Shown here: positions 41,724 to 55,249 of the stretch, in pieces | Position numbering within the stretch: the first letter of the stretch is position 1 | Layout: each line of letters begins with the position of its first letter | Source: Blastocystis sp. Blastoise | Lineage: Eukaryota > Protista > Bigyra: Opalinata | Reading direction: 5' to 3' | Length of the DNA stretch: 64,000 bases | Assembly (NCBI GenBank): GCA_039096225.1 | Contig: JBBPEB010000018.1 | Span: 62,001 to 126,000 of the forward strand | Position numbers and translations under genes: made by a program | Notes under the pieces: model-generated | Database searches by the model: none | What the model saw: only the letters and a program-made list of their open reading frames with translations | What the model was told of the DNA's origin: nothing

Positions 41724-42599
41724 TATTATTATTATTATCATAATTATTATTATTATTATTACTATCATAATTATTATTATTATTATTTTTTAACATCTAT
41801 CAAACAATAAACATATCTATTAAAATAATAATGTTATTAACTATCATATTAATAATTTTCTTTTTTATTTACTATTTATATATTTATTCAAAAAGAATAA
41901 TAAGATATATATATAGATAAAGACTATTATTCTCGTACAATAATCTGTAGTTGTTGGCAAGAAATAATTATATTGTTGTTGTTCTCCATTTTATTTTTGT
42001 TCTAGCAATCTCTTATTCATCTTGATATTTTGGTTTTGTTTTTCATTCTCACATATATTAGTAGAAAAAGAGTAAACTATTCATGTTATGATTCTTTAAA
42101 GAATATTCTTTATATATATATTTTCTTTGTTTCTTTCATGCTAAAAACATAATATTAACTTCAATTAACTCTAAGAGAACGCAAAAATGATCTGTAATAT
42201 TTTAAATAATTGTTAACGTATTTTAAAGCATGAAACACAAAAAGGTGTGAATTGTCCATAAAAAAATATACATCATTATTATTTTATATATTTTTCTTTA
42301 TCCTCTTTAAATAAACCCTATATAACTTTATTTATATAGGATATGCTAACAAAAAACATCGTATAAATCTATACAAATTGATTATTTCCTATGCTAAAAT
42401 GTATATACCAAACACAGCAATAACTAATTAAGCCATCATTTATAATAAAACAGCTAATACGATCTCTACTTTATAATAAATTCGTTTTGTTCTTTCGTTT
42501 TTCTTTTTTTAGAAAAATGTGTCAATCCATAGAGAAAATAATAGAATAGTCACAAATAAATAACTTTCTTTTTATTATTATAATAAACTAGAATTATTG

Positions 42600-43040
42600 A
42601 TGAATAAACTCATTAGTCAAGTTCCTTTTTTTGCAAAGTCCTTCGCACTCTCAGATTCAAAATCTTTTTCTACGGGTATCGTAAAGTCATGGGGTCGTGA
42701 TTCCGGATATGGATTTGTGCTTATAGATGGTGACGATACTTCCAAAGTTCATTTAAAATATCAAAAACGTTTAAATGTATATGTTCATTACAAAGATATT
42801 GATATGCCTGGATATAAATATCTAACTCCTGGAAATAGAGTATATTTTGATTTAGTACTAACAGATAATGGACCGAAAGGTGTTCACGTTCAAGGTCCTG
42901 GTGTACCAATCATATCTTCTGAATATAATATGAATAAAAGTACTATGAATAAAGTCAATTCTTGGATACCTCCTCCAGATAATATTAATGAACTTTGTCG
43001 TAATAAAAAACTCAAATCAAAGAATAAATTATATTTTTAA
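42600..43040 (+). CDS. Cold-shock domain protein with putative N-terminal organellar presequence, intronless
   Basis: TGIVKSW...GYGFV (RNP1), VYVHYKDI (RNP2), GYKYLTPGNRVYFD...GPKGVHV. First ATG at 42600. Confidence 0.9.
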   Translation: MNKLISQVPFFAKSFALSDSKSFSTGIVKSWGRDSGYGFVLIDGDDTSKVHLKYQKRLNVYVHYKDIDMPGYKYLTPGNRVYFDLVLTDNGPKGVHVQGPGVPIISSEYNMNKSTMNKVNSWIPPPDNINELCRNKKLKSKNKLYF

Positions 43041-43354
43041 ATTCATGTTTTTCTTGTCATTCTCTCTTTTTCACTTTTCTATTTTTTCTTCTTCTTCTTT
43101 TATAAAAAAAAAATTGTTTTCAAGTTAATATATGTTATAATCTTTCTATGATCTATCTTTATTAGTTTTAATCTTATTAAAAATGAAAATTAACATAACA
43201 ACATACAATTGAACTAGAATGGAACAATGATAAATCAATACAAACCAAGAAAAGAAGAAATCAAAAGTGGAAAAGATAAAATAATAATACAAAGTGGAGA
43301 CTACAAAGAGAAAGAGATCTAATAATAATAATTTACAAAAGTTTAAATCTAATA

Positions 43355-43362
43355 AACAAACA
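43355..43362 (-). promoter_or_regulatory. TGTTTGTT downstream polyadenylation-type element
   Basis: Exact TGTTTGTT ~60 nt after the PRELI stop; this motif is known downstream of Blastocystis poly(A) sites. Confidence 0.5.
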
Positions 43363-43421
43363 AGTACAAAGTATTTATAGTATATTTCATACTATATTTT
43401 TTATTCATTTCATAACGACAT

Positions 43422-43970
43422 TTAAGCCATATGTAAATCTGGGGATACTCTAGGAGTGAAACTTTCAACAAAAGAATCACAAACACCACTTGCAATTTCT
43501 TCCATAACTTTGAATCCATTGAAACGATTTGCAGCATCTACAGACACACACCAATCTTCAATTGTTGAATCCATCCATCTGTTCAAGTGAGCAGAAATTT
43601 TTAAATCTTTAGTATATAAAGAATTATTCTTACCATGAGCAGTATAACGACATAATTCATCAATAGTAACCATACAATTCATAGATAAATTAAGTGTTTT
43701 CATAGTAAGAGTTTTATTTTGAGGGTCTACAATAGATTCTTCACCTGCATAAGATACAGGTGTTCCTACGATTGCTCTAATATAAGAAGGAACGTCTTGA
43801 GATATCACATGAAGTCTCTTTGTAACCAGACGATTCTTATCATCTAAATATCGACTAGTTACAAAGGCTCTGGAATGTGCACACTTTGGATGCCAATATT
43901 TGCTCCAAAATGTTGTTGTTATTTTATCCCATGAGTAATCGTATACTTTTTCTAAAGAATCGCTTTTCAT
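43422..43970 (-). CDS. PRELI/Ups/MSF1 family mitochondrial lipid-transfer protein, intronless
   Basis: YDYSWDKITTTFWSKY, LVTKRL, EESIVDPQNKTLTMKTLNLS...IDELCRY. Confidence 0.93.
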   Translation of the reverse strand: MKSDSLEKVYDYSWDKITTTFWSKYWHPKCAHSRAFVTSRYLDDKNRLVTKRLHVISQDVPSYIRAIVGTPVSYAGEESIVDPQNKTLTMKTLNLSMNCMVTIDELCRYTAHGKNNSLYTKDLKISAHLNRWMDSTIEDWCVSVDAANRFNGFKVMEEIASGVCDSFVESFTPRVSPDLHMA

Positions 43971-44864
43971 TTTCTTATTTAATTAAAAATAAAAAAGATG
44001 ATTAAATATTTTTTTGACAAAAGATGATTTGTCAACAATTCATTTGAGGTGAAAAAAACAGAAAAGTGATCGATTCTTAATCAAAAAAACTTATACAAAT
44101 AAAGGAATAGAACATATCGAATTCGTTACTACTTTCCATGTTTTTCTATGTTTCCATTAAAAAAACTCTGTTCTTCCCTCCTTTTTAATTTTTTATTTTC
44201 CAGGGGAATCTTTATAGAAATAAGAATAAAATTGGAAAGAATCATGAATATTTTATTCTTATCGTAATTTTTATTGAGTTTTTCTTATATTCTAATAAAA
44301 AGGATTCTTCAGTTTTTATTGGAGAATTCGTCCAGTCCGTTTACTAAAATCGATGAATAACGAGTCAACAAACGAATTTTAGTTTATTTTTTTATTCATT
44401 GGTTCTTCTATTCTACGAATCCCACCACTTTCTTATAGAATTCGATATCCACAAGTGTTTTCCTAAATACTTTATAATTATTATCTTCTCTAATTGATCT
44501 ATTGACAACTTCTTAGCATAGAAATCAACACCCTTATCGGATTTATATCAATTTGAGTACAAAAAACGAGAGATAAAATGAAAGAAATTTTTTTTTGAAT
44601 AATCAATAGAATCAATTAGTTCTTTTCAAATTCAATTTATTAATTAAACACCTGTAGGTGCATGAACACATTTTTAAATATATTAATGTAAAATGATGCC
44701 GTAAGTTCCAAAACTGAACACATAAAGAAACATTTTTAGTATGTAAAGAAGCATATAATAGTTTATGATATTCTGAAATAAAAAAAAAGGAACAAGATTC
44801 ATAACTAAAACAAATATTGACAGTATAAAAAATGTATCTCAATAAAAAAGTGAAAAAAAATATT

Positions 44865-45008
44865 AAAAGAATAGAAATAACATATTGATATTTTAAAAAA
44901 AGAATAGAAATAACATATTAATATTAAAAAAAGAATAGAAATAACATATTAATGCATAAAAAAGAATAGAAATAACATATGAATTCATAAAAAAGAATAG
45001 AAATAATA
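44865..45008 (+). repeat. ~29-bp minisatellite, about 5 copies (AAAAAAGAATAGAAATAACATAT...)
   Basis: Direct reading; just 3' of the ARP6 stop. Confidence 0.9.
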
Positions 45009-45029
45009 TATCTCCTATAACACAATATA

Positions 45030-47581
45030 TTAAAGAAGATTATTTTCATATATAGTATCAATTAATCTATCTGGGCCATTTTCTTCGTATGTATAATTAT
45101 AGATTAACTAAAGAATAAAAGTTATAATGCAAAAGAATGAATAGGATTGTAAAATAAGGATAAGAAGAAGAAATAGGATTCAAAATAATATAAATAATAA
45201 CAAGGATTTATATATTTAGTATAGAATACATAAATAAGAACATATAAATAAATATAAAAAAAAAAATAGAATGAATATATGTACTTGGTCTCGAATAGTT
45301 TGTGTAAGTGCTAAATCAGAACCTCCTCTCCATGGATCTGAAATAGGACTATATATACATATTATATATACTATATTAATAATAATATTATATATTTATG
45401 TATATACTCTGGAAGAAAATAACATTTTGGATTCAATGAAGAAGGCAATAATGATTGTATTTCTGATGTTCATTAATTAAAGAAAAAATATATTTAAAAA
45501 AAATAAAAATATTGTATAATAAATATTTATATATATAAACAAATTAAATAAAATAATTTCTATTTGAAATGTAAATTTATATAATATATATATATAATAA
45601 AATAATTTTTTTTGAAATATAAACATATATAATATATATTTATAAATATATAAAAGATATTGAACACGAGTTGAGAATCCAGGGAATAAAGTGTTTCCTC
45701 CCGTGAATAAAATCGATTTCGACATATATTCTTGTATAATTTCTGGAAAGAAACTAATACAATTACTTATAGTTTCACATATTCCTGATTGTTTTAATCC
45801 TATATATTATATTTAGTATCATTAGTATCGATGATTATTTTTAAATAAACATAATTATAGAACATAAGTAGTATCAGAAAAAGAGAAGTTTAAAAAAAAC
45901 AATTAAATAAAGATAAGGATAGATATATATTTAATATATACAATATCTATATATAATAAATAATATATATATAATATATCTATATACCCATATCGGAGGG
46001 ATGAATTAATAACTCAGGAATAGCAAAACGTTCTGTAGATAATGGAATAAACTATATATATATATATATAATTATTATTGTTATATTTTATTACTTGAAC
46101 ATTTTCTGCAGCAAGAGAAGCAACTACTTTTGTGTCACTCTATATATATAAAGAAATAAACACCATAATATACTGTTGAATAGCCTTTCATTAGAGATAT
46201 ATAATCTGGTAGTATATAATATTTCACATGTTCTCTAATATTACTATTAATATCTATAAACAATGAAATAATAAAATTTATTTATATATATATATATACA
46301 AGAAAATCATATACATTACAATAGATATAAAGTAGATACCTTTATTAAAATCCTTAGACATAAAACACATTGTTTCTTTCATTTCATTACATATCATTGT
46401 ATTAGCTGATAAATCAAAATAACGCAAAGAAACCAATTGCTTTAAATAATTTGTTAAAACCTTCCCTCCAATATCTATTCTAAAATATATATATACATAT
46501 ATATATATTATATATTATATATATACCTTCGTATACATGATGTAACTAATTTATGATCTACATAGGGTAATATCTATAATATATTTATATTAATTATATT
46601 ACTTTTATATAATAATAATAAAATATAAATAATATATATCTACTCTCAATAAAACCAACATATATATATTTACATAAATTATTTATAAATAATAATGAAT
46701 ACATGTGTAAAAGAGAATCCAGAATCAACAACTAAATACGTTCCTGTCGCTTGACATTCTTCTGGAAAGAAATGAAGCATATTTCCTCTATGAATAGACC
46801 ATAAAGAAGTAGGAGAGGATGCAAATGCAGGAAATTGAAAATACTCAAAAATAGTCTCTAAACCTACTTTCTAAAGTATATATAAAATATATTCAAAAAT
46901 TAATTATTATATATATAAAAGAAGAATAAATGATTCCTTTATAAATACAAGAAAAATAAATTATTCTTATTATATATATATCATTAATATATATATAATC
47001 ACTATTATATAAAGAAAAAAAAAGAATAAAAATTACGAATAAATAAAAGAAAATAAATGATTATATTTATAAAAAACCAAATAAACATCCTATATACTCT
47101 TAACTGATACATATTCATCGGTGGATCATTCATATATAAAGAATACTCATGAGGATCCTATATAAATACATATAAATATAAACATCAATACTCCTAAAAT
47201 ATATATATATACAATATTAAGCCCTGTTTCATCAAACATCTTTTTCCATATTTTAGTCTGTGTTTCCCAATCAACTACGTATCCACTAGAAATATCAAAA
47301 CATCATTCATACAAATAAATAGTAATTACCATTGAATAGGACGCTTGTAGAATAACTGTGAGTAATCGTTAATTTTTGTTACAGTTTCATTACCAACAAG
47401 TTCATGCATACTCTTTCGAATTCGGGCAGTAGTATTTGATATAATTCTAATAAAAAGAGTGATTATCTTATGAATTATTCATTTACAATGATGGATTCTC
47501 TTGGCCTGCAAAACCACAGCGAATACTAGAACCGCCATTATCTATAATAACAGTAGACTTTGGATCTAAAACTCCAGGCAT
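45030..47581 (-). CDS. ARP6: Actin-related protein 6 (SWR1 complex), about 14 exons including one AT-AC intron
   Basis: VIIDNGGSSIRCG, GYVVDWETQTKIW, LVVDSGFSFTH, IDIGGKVLTNYLKQLVSLR, ERFAIPELLIHPSDMG, FTGGNTLFPGFSTRV, PISDPWRGG, YEENG. Confidence 0.92.
45468..45660 (-). other. U12-type AT-AC intron in ARP6
   Basis: 5' |ATATCTTT; branch-like TTCTTTAAT 8 nt before the terminal AC|. Removal restores RVQSEIQSLLP in frame. Confidence 0.85.
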
Positions 47582-47830
47582 TCTATATTATTCTTTCTTT
47601 ATTAAAATATCTTTCTAGCAACTTTCTAATTTGAAATTATATATCGATAACAAATATAAAGCTTTCCTGAAGTAAAATTCAACGATTGATAATTCTATAA
47701 CATATTTATGATTATTTTCGAATGAAACACAGAAATTTCATATTTTTTCATATTTCAAATTATTTATAATTACTTTTTGCTTTATTATTTTATTTATTTA
47801 GTACCAATTTCTTACTTGGATCTATTTTAA

Positions 47831-49023
47831 ATGTCAGGAAGTATGTAAAGAAACCTATATGAATTATAAAATTTGTCAATTTAGTCGGCGAAGGAGAAAC
47901 TTTAACAATATTAGTCGACATAAACCCTGTATCATGGCTAATAAGAAAATCAAACACTCAACAAGGTGAAGTTGAATTCAATCAAACTATCGAAGCTTTA
48001 CTTGCTTTTATGAATTCATTTCTATTTTCAGATTCCTATAATAAAGTATTCTTTATCACATATGGAAATGGACCATCGTATGTATTATATATGTATTGAT
48101 TTCATAATTATAGTATAACTGTTTAAGTATTGTTTTTATTCTTTTTTCTCATTTCTTTTATTTTCTTCTTATTCTAACCTTTCTTTGATTATATATATTT
48201 CTATAGACAGTGTATTTTTCCTATGCAAGATAATTTTGAAGAGTCTGCAGAGAGTTATTCAAGACAAGTTTTTGTTCTTAATAATCACATAAAAAATAAA
48301 ATTATCGCTGGAATTACTAAGAAAGATGAAAGTATATTATTTATTATAATTTTTTTATATTTATTATATTATTATATTATCATGTAAGAATATATATAAT
48401 AATATATATAGAACCATCATCACTAGAGCAAGCTTTATCTTTAGCAATGTGTTGTATATATATATATATATATATATATAATAAAATTAAAATCGTACAT
48501 ATTATTTTTTATTATTTTATTTTTCTAATGTATTAATATATGTTTTTGTTTAAAAAATATATATAATATATTAAACAATATATATTTATATATAGTAATG
48601 AATCGATATCATCATATTTCAAAGAGTCAACGAATACTTATATTCAATTTATCACAATCACCTATAAAGAATTATATTTCTTTTATGAATACTATATATT
48701 GTTCAAAAATACGATGGGTTATTGATGTATGTACAGTTTATCCAACGACACCCTTTCTAAGTCAAGCTAGTCAATTGACACAAGGAAAATTTGTTCGTTT
48801 ACAAAATTCTATAGATTTATATTCTATGTTATTATATTCTATTCTTCCCAATCCTTCTATTCGAGATCAAATATCACATCATGAAAATCAATATTCTGAT
48901 TGTAAAGCACCTTGTTCTTGTCACGGTAGACCAATTACTAAAGATATTGCTTATGTTTGTAGTGTCTGTCTTGCTATTTATTGTGAAAAAGTTGATCATT
49001 GCGATCATTATAATATGAAGTAA
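47831..49023 (+). CDS. TFB4: TFIIH subunit Tfb4/p34, 5 exons
   Basis: LTILVDINPVSW, LAFMNSFL, ALSLAMCLMNR, YISFMNTIY, FLSQASQLTQGKF, APCSCH...YVCSVCLAIYC. Divergent from ARP6, with ~250 bp between ATGs. Confidence 0.93.
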
Positions 49024-49599
49024 AAAACAGTTTTTTAAAAGAAGTATTTCATTAGCATCTCCCTTTTTCTATTTTCTTTTTTTTTCTAAGTTATTATTTT
49101 TTGTATTGTTTCGTTTCTGCTTTTATTTATCTTTTTATTCAAAATCTTATTCATTTATAATATTATATTTGACCTTTATTGTTCATATTGAATAATATTT
49201 ATCATTTCTATTTGAAACCATTCTTTTTATTTCTCATTCTTTATTCAAATAATATTTTTATATCAAAAATTATTAGCTGAAATGCTTCTAATTCATGTTA
49301 TATACATATATTGGCAAGAAATAAGAAAATTAATGCAAATAAATTTCATGACTTTTTGTTTGCCTAAACCTTGCTACTCTTTATGATGATACATAGTTCT
49401 ATAAACAATCTAAGTGATGAATTACTTGTCCATAAAGGCACAAACATATTCTTTCTATTATTTGAAAAATGAGAATGAAATCATGATTATTCACAATTAA
49501 TGCGTTATTTTTGCATTTTTCACATTATTCTCAAATGAACAATCATTTTATGAATTATTTTTTGTTGTTTTGCCATTCAAACTAGTATTGAGGATCAGT

Positions 49600-50756
49600 A
49601 TGGTTGCTACTCTTAATTTACTTAAAAAGTCTTTTCGTTCTGACAAAGTATTTAGTATTTCTATTTCAATATTTTTTATGATGTAGATTCGTGTCTTATT
49701 AAAAGCTTTAAAAATTGAAAACATTCTAGTTAACGACGTCGAAGAACAACCTGTATGTTGTATAAATTTATATATTCATAAAAAATATTAGTCAGTTATT
49801 TATTCAAATGATAACGAAGAATTAAATGATACAAACGAAATTCTTAAGTAAAAGATATCCTATTGATCTTATATATATATATATATACTATTTTTCTAAA
49901 GGAAATTAGCTGTGAATTCAGAATTCGATTGTGAAGAAGAAAAAATGAAATCTGTATGTTTTTATTATAATACAATAATGTTTGAATATTCTTTGATTTC
50001 TTTAATTTTATTTGTTATGCTATTTATCAATTGAATACCCATAGTGGATTGAACTTAATAATACTGTTTTTGAAATTGTCTCTGCTGTTCTCAGTTTTCC
50101 TTATATGGGTCTGATTCCCGCAGAAGATGTTCCTGCTCTTGTATATATTATAATATTTATTATGATTTATATATATACTTATTTTTGTTCTTTCTTGTTG
50201 TTTTATTTATTCTATTTGTTTTGTTATTTTATTAATTATATTTATTATAATTATCATTATTTTATTTATATTTTTTATACATTTTATTGAATACTATGTA
50301 TATAGGCTGAAAAGAAGGCTCGTTCTGATATTCTTCGACATATTCGAACTTTAGAAAATCAATTAAAAGAAACAAAATATTTAACTGGAGATCATATTAC
50401 TATTGCTGATATACTTATTTCAACTACTCTCCGTCCTCTATTCCAATATGTATATTATTATGTTCATTATCTTTATTATCTTTATTATTATTATTATGTT
50501 CATTATTATTATTATGTTTATTATTATTATTATCTTTATTATTATTATTAACATATAGGTATTAAGTGAGGTTGAACGTAAAAATATTCCTCTAGTCAAT
50601 ACTTATATGAAAGACGTTACTAGTCAAGTATATATATATATATATAATTATGAATGAATAGTAAATTGATATATTATGCTTCTATAGTCTTATTATGTTG
50701 AAGCTCTTGGTGAAACAGTGTTTTTTGTTGGTGATAACAAGAAGAAATCCAAGTAA
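49600..50756 (+). CDS. GST-fold protein related to the EF1B-gamma / ValRS N-terminal domain, 8 exons
   Basis: Spliced product includes LENQLKETKYLTGDHITIADI...LFQYVLSEVERKNIPLV. All junctions are GT-AG and in frame. No EF1G C-terminal domain. Confidence 0.75.
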
Positions 50757-51150
50757 ACTAATGACTTTACATACAATTCAATTTCTATATATTCATTATT
50801 TTTTTAGATTGTATTGGTATTTTTTACATGATTAATATTTATATTTTTATTATACATATCTTTATTTATTAATATAAAATAATTTAATAAGATCACAATA
50901 AAAATTGTAAAGAAAAATCATTATCTTTAACAGTTTACTAAATCAATTTATATTCCTCAAGAATCACCATGTTAAAAACATTTTGTAATTTCTGACTAAT
51001 AAAATTAACAAAAAAAGAATGAATTCAATATCAAACGCTTATTAGAAATAAAGACTTGAGAATAATAATTTTAATAAAAAGTACTTACATGTATATATAT
51101 AATATAAATAAGAAATGAAATGTACTTTAAATGAATGTATATAATACTAT

Positions 51151-51226
51151 TTATTGGAATAAAGCAAGCATCATTTCATTCACATTAGAACATGAACAAC
51201 GAATAGATACCTATATATAGAGTATT

Positions 51227-51297
<71 letters not shown>

Positions 51298-52876
51298 GAT
51301 TATGATTATGATTATGATTATGATTATGATTATGATTATGATGATTATTATGATTATTATTATCATTATTATTATTATTATTATTATTATATATTATTAT
51401 TATTATTATATACTTTAAGTACACATCCTAATTCTTTAGTCATAACAATTTGTCCACGTAATAATATTAATAATTGACCAACCATTTTACCTCCTAAGAT
51501 AAGATTGTGACTATGTGCCTATAAATATTATATATATATATATATATAGAAAACAAAGAACAATATAAATAAAAATATTTAAAAAAAAATGCAAAATCAT
51601 AATTATTAATATATAAACATAATAATAATATACTCCATTAGGAATAGTACCCGATCCTTCTAAAGGACTCAATCCAGTGATATTAATAATATTAGTAACT
51701 GCTTCTTGAAGATCAGTGAAAGGAAGAGTCAGCTTAGAGCTTAATTCATTTTCAGCACCAATTTCATTCCATTCACTACGATAATCAGAAATAAGTGATT
51801 TACCAATATAATCAACAGTAGTAATAATAAAAGATTCAATAGGATATTCTTCATCATAACCCTCATCATCTTCATCAGGTTCACCGTTATTATCCACTTC
51901 TTTTGTTTTACAACGTAAAGTACAATTAAAACTAGCTTCAGGAAGTATATATTCTTCATCATATGCATAAGCATAAGAGATATAACAACGACCAACTTCA
52001 TTAAAACGAATAATATCCGCGGGAATTTGATTGGTAAGAACCCATTCTTCACTATCCCCTTCATTTATACTCATATCAATAAGGGCATTCTCTAATAATT
52101 GATCATCAACAGTATTCTTAATTAAGAATTCAAAAACAATCATATTATTAAATATATGTTTGTATACACTAACAACATATTCTGTTTCTTCTTCTGTAAG
52201 TGCAAGAGGAGCACAAGTATGTATAAGAGGGCCAAGACCACTAAATTCAGGGATCTTATAAAGATTCATTATGGTATTCTCTATAGCAGGAGAAGTAGAA
52301 GAAGCAGCAGCTACAGGTGTAGAGAGAACACCAGAATCAGTAGAAGGAGTTGTTGCAGGAACAGACTATATATAATATAAGGAAATATATGATATTAAAT
52401 AATAGAATATGGTATTTAATACAATAGTATATAATATATAATATAATATAATATAGAATATAATATATATACAAGTGTAATTTGAGGTAAAACATCCCAT
52501 TCAATATCACCTTCAGTTTGACTAACTTTATATACATCTAAAGAAGCCTTTAAATATTCAGGAGAATAAGAAGAAGGGAAAGGAGTTAATAAAGCAGTAG
52601 ATATAGAAGCAGAAGTAGAAGAAGTAGAAGAAGAAGCATTTAAAGCTTCTAAAGCTAAAATAGAACGATCACGTACCTATATTTTATTATTATTATTTTT
52701 ATTATTATGATTATTAGTTATTTTTATTATGATTATGATTATGATTATTATGATTATTATTAAATATATATACTTCATCATCTTCATCTTCTAAACATCT
52801 TTTAATTAATAACTTGATAGAATGAGCAAGAGAAGGAACTTTTAAGCCAATTATAGTAAGAGCAGAAACAGCAGCT

Positions 52877-52920
<44 letters not shown>

Positions 52921-54092
52921 GTATAATATATATACCTCTAATAATAGCATTTTCAAGAATAATTCTGTTATATATAAAACGAATATATTTACTAGGACGA
53001 GAAGTAGTAGGACCATATTCTATATATATATATAAAATAATAATTATTATTATTGTATATACATACGAGCTAATAAGTCAATGATTTTAACATTTAATTG
53101 AGTAAATTCACAGTCTTCAATAAATTCACATAATATACTTAAACCAATTTCTAATGAAATAGGAATATCAATAACAATATGAATAATAGTATTCACAACA
53201 GCTGCTTTCATATCATAACTACCTTCCTCTCTTAAGAAGGAAGCTAAGAAGTTAAGTAAAATAACGTATTTATTAGTATATTTATTACATAATATATAAA
53301 TAGCTTTAATAAGAACTTGCTTGAATTCATCATCAATTTCATTCAAACTAGTAGTAATTTGCTTAATAAGAGACTCAACTTTATTTTCATTAACAGTTTT
53401 AAGTAGAGTAGAAATAGCAAGAGTAGCAATAGCACGATTAGGGTCGTTTAATAACGTTTCTAAATCATTATTACAACCAGTTAAAATAGAAGGATGATCT
53501 ATACTTAACTATATACATATATATATAGTATTCTAATTATTATAGTATTACAACAATAAATATATATATATATATATATATATACTTGATTAAGAGTACG
53601 AATAGAAGCAAAACGAGTAGCAGGTCGACAAGAAGATAATCCCATTTGAAGCATATTAACCGCGGGAATAAGGTCATCTTCAGAAGCATCAGGTAATAAA
53701 CATATAGCACGTGCAGCTTCAAGAGATACCATCTATATATATATTTGTATATATATTTATATTAATTTATAAAAACGAAAAATATATAAAAAATTAAAAA
53801 TAATAATAATATTTATGATATAATATATATATATATATATATATATACTTCGGAGGGATGACGAAGACATCTGATTAAATAATCATAAATATCTTTATAT
53901 AAGTTGCCATTACTACCACTATTCAAAGAATTCATATTTTCTTCTTTATTTGTAATCATAAATTGTACGGTGTAACGAATAATAGTACAAATAGATATAG
54001 CAGAGTAACCATCAGTAGTACGTAATTGATTCAATAACTATATATATAGTGTTTTATATTAATAATAATAAATATAATAATAAATATAATAA

Positions 54093-54128
<36 letters not shown>

Positions 54129-54442
54129 TAATGAATATAAAATATACCTTATTTAAAGCAAGTTTATCATTTTGTTTAATAAGATATAATAATAGAATAC
54201 TATGATATTGAACAAATTCTTCTTTTGAGGCTAATTGTTGATTAATTTCATTAATCCATCGACGAATAATATCAGGAGCCTCAGAATATAAGTATAAACC
54301 CGATAATAAAGAAGCAGAAGATACAGCAGGATTCTTATGAACAATTGCCTATATATATAATAATAATAATAAGCTAATAATAATATAATGTTATATATAC
54401 ATACTTGTTTAATATAACGTTCAACTTGTTGTAACATATTAG

Positions 54443-54477
<35 letters not shown>

Positions 54478-54513
54478 ATAAAAAAAAACCATATATAAAT
54501 AAATAAATAAATA

Positions 54514-54573
<60 letters not shown>

Positions 54574-55249
54574 ATAAAAAATGCCATATATCAATAAAAA
54601 AAAGCCATATATAAATAAAAAAATAAATATATATATATATATATACATCAAGAATTCTAGATAAAACACGAACAGCATTACTTCTGAATAATTCAGTTTC
54701 ACTATTTAAATCTTTTAATAAAGTAGAAACAACAATGATAACCTATATATATATATTAATAATTGAAATGATAGCTCAAACAAATATAGTAAAAATATAC
54801 TTCTTCTGAAGAAGTCTTTTCAGCAACTTCTTTGATAAATAAATAGGTCATTCTACGTAAGTTAGGCTATAGATAAATAGATTCATGATTCATAATTATT
54901 AAAATTAATATACATTTTGACTTTGAAATAATTTTGTAGAATTGAAGAAAACATCACTAATTTCTTGACTACTGAATTCCTTGCCGTCGTTGTTCATCAA
55001 GTAGAGTAATTTCGCAATAAGAACAATGCATTGATCAGGTTTTTGAGTAACAACAGAAGCATCATTGAATAATCTGCATTCTTGTAACACACCAGATACA
55101 GTCAAATTATAATATTGAGAGCTTTTCAAATCTTCATCTTTATCTTTTTCTGTAATATCAAAAAATTCCTTTTTGATCAAGGCCATAACTGACTCTTGAG
55201 GAGCTTCAGCAGGAGTTTGATTATCAGCGGGAGTATTTGATGAATTCAT
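51151..55249 (-). CDS. COPG: Coatomer subunit gamma
   Basis: VLQECRLFN, FFNSTKLFQS, VERYIKQAIV, CEFIEDCEF, KYIRFIYNRIILEN, RCLEDEDDEVRDR, LTEEETEYVVSVYKHIF. Confidence 0.96.

Noticed and set aside
44865-45008. CRISPR-like array
   Set aside because: Tandem minisatellite with no unique spacers, in a eukaryotic context with no cas genes.
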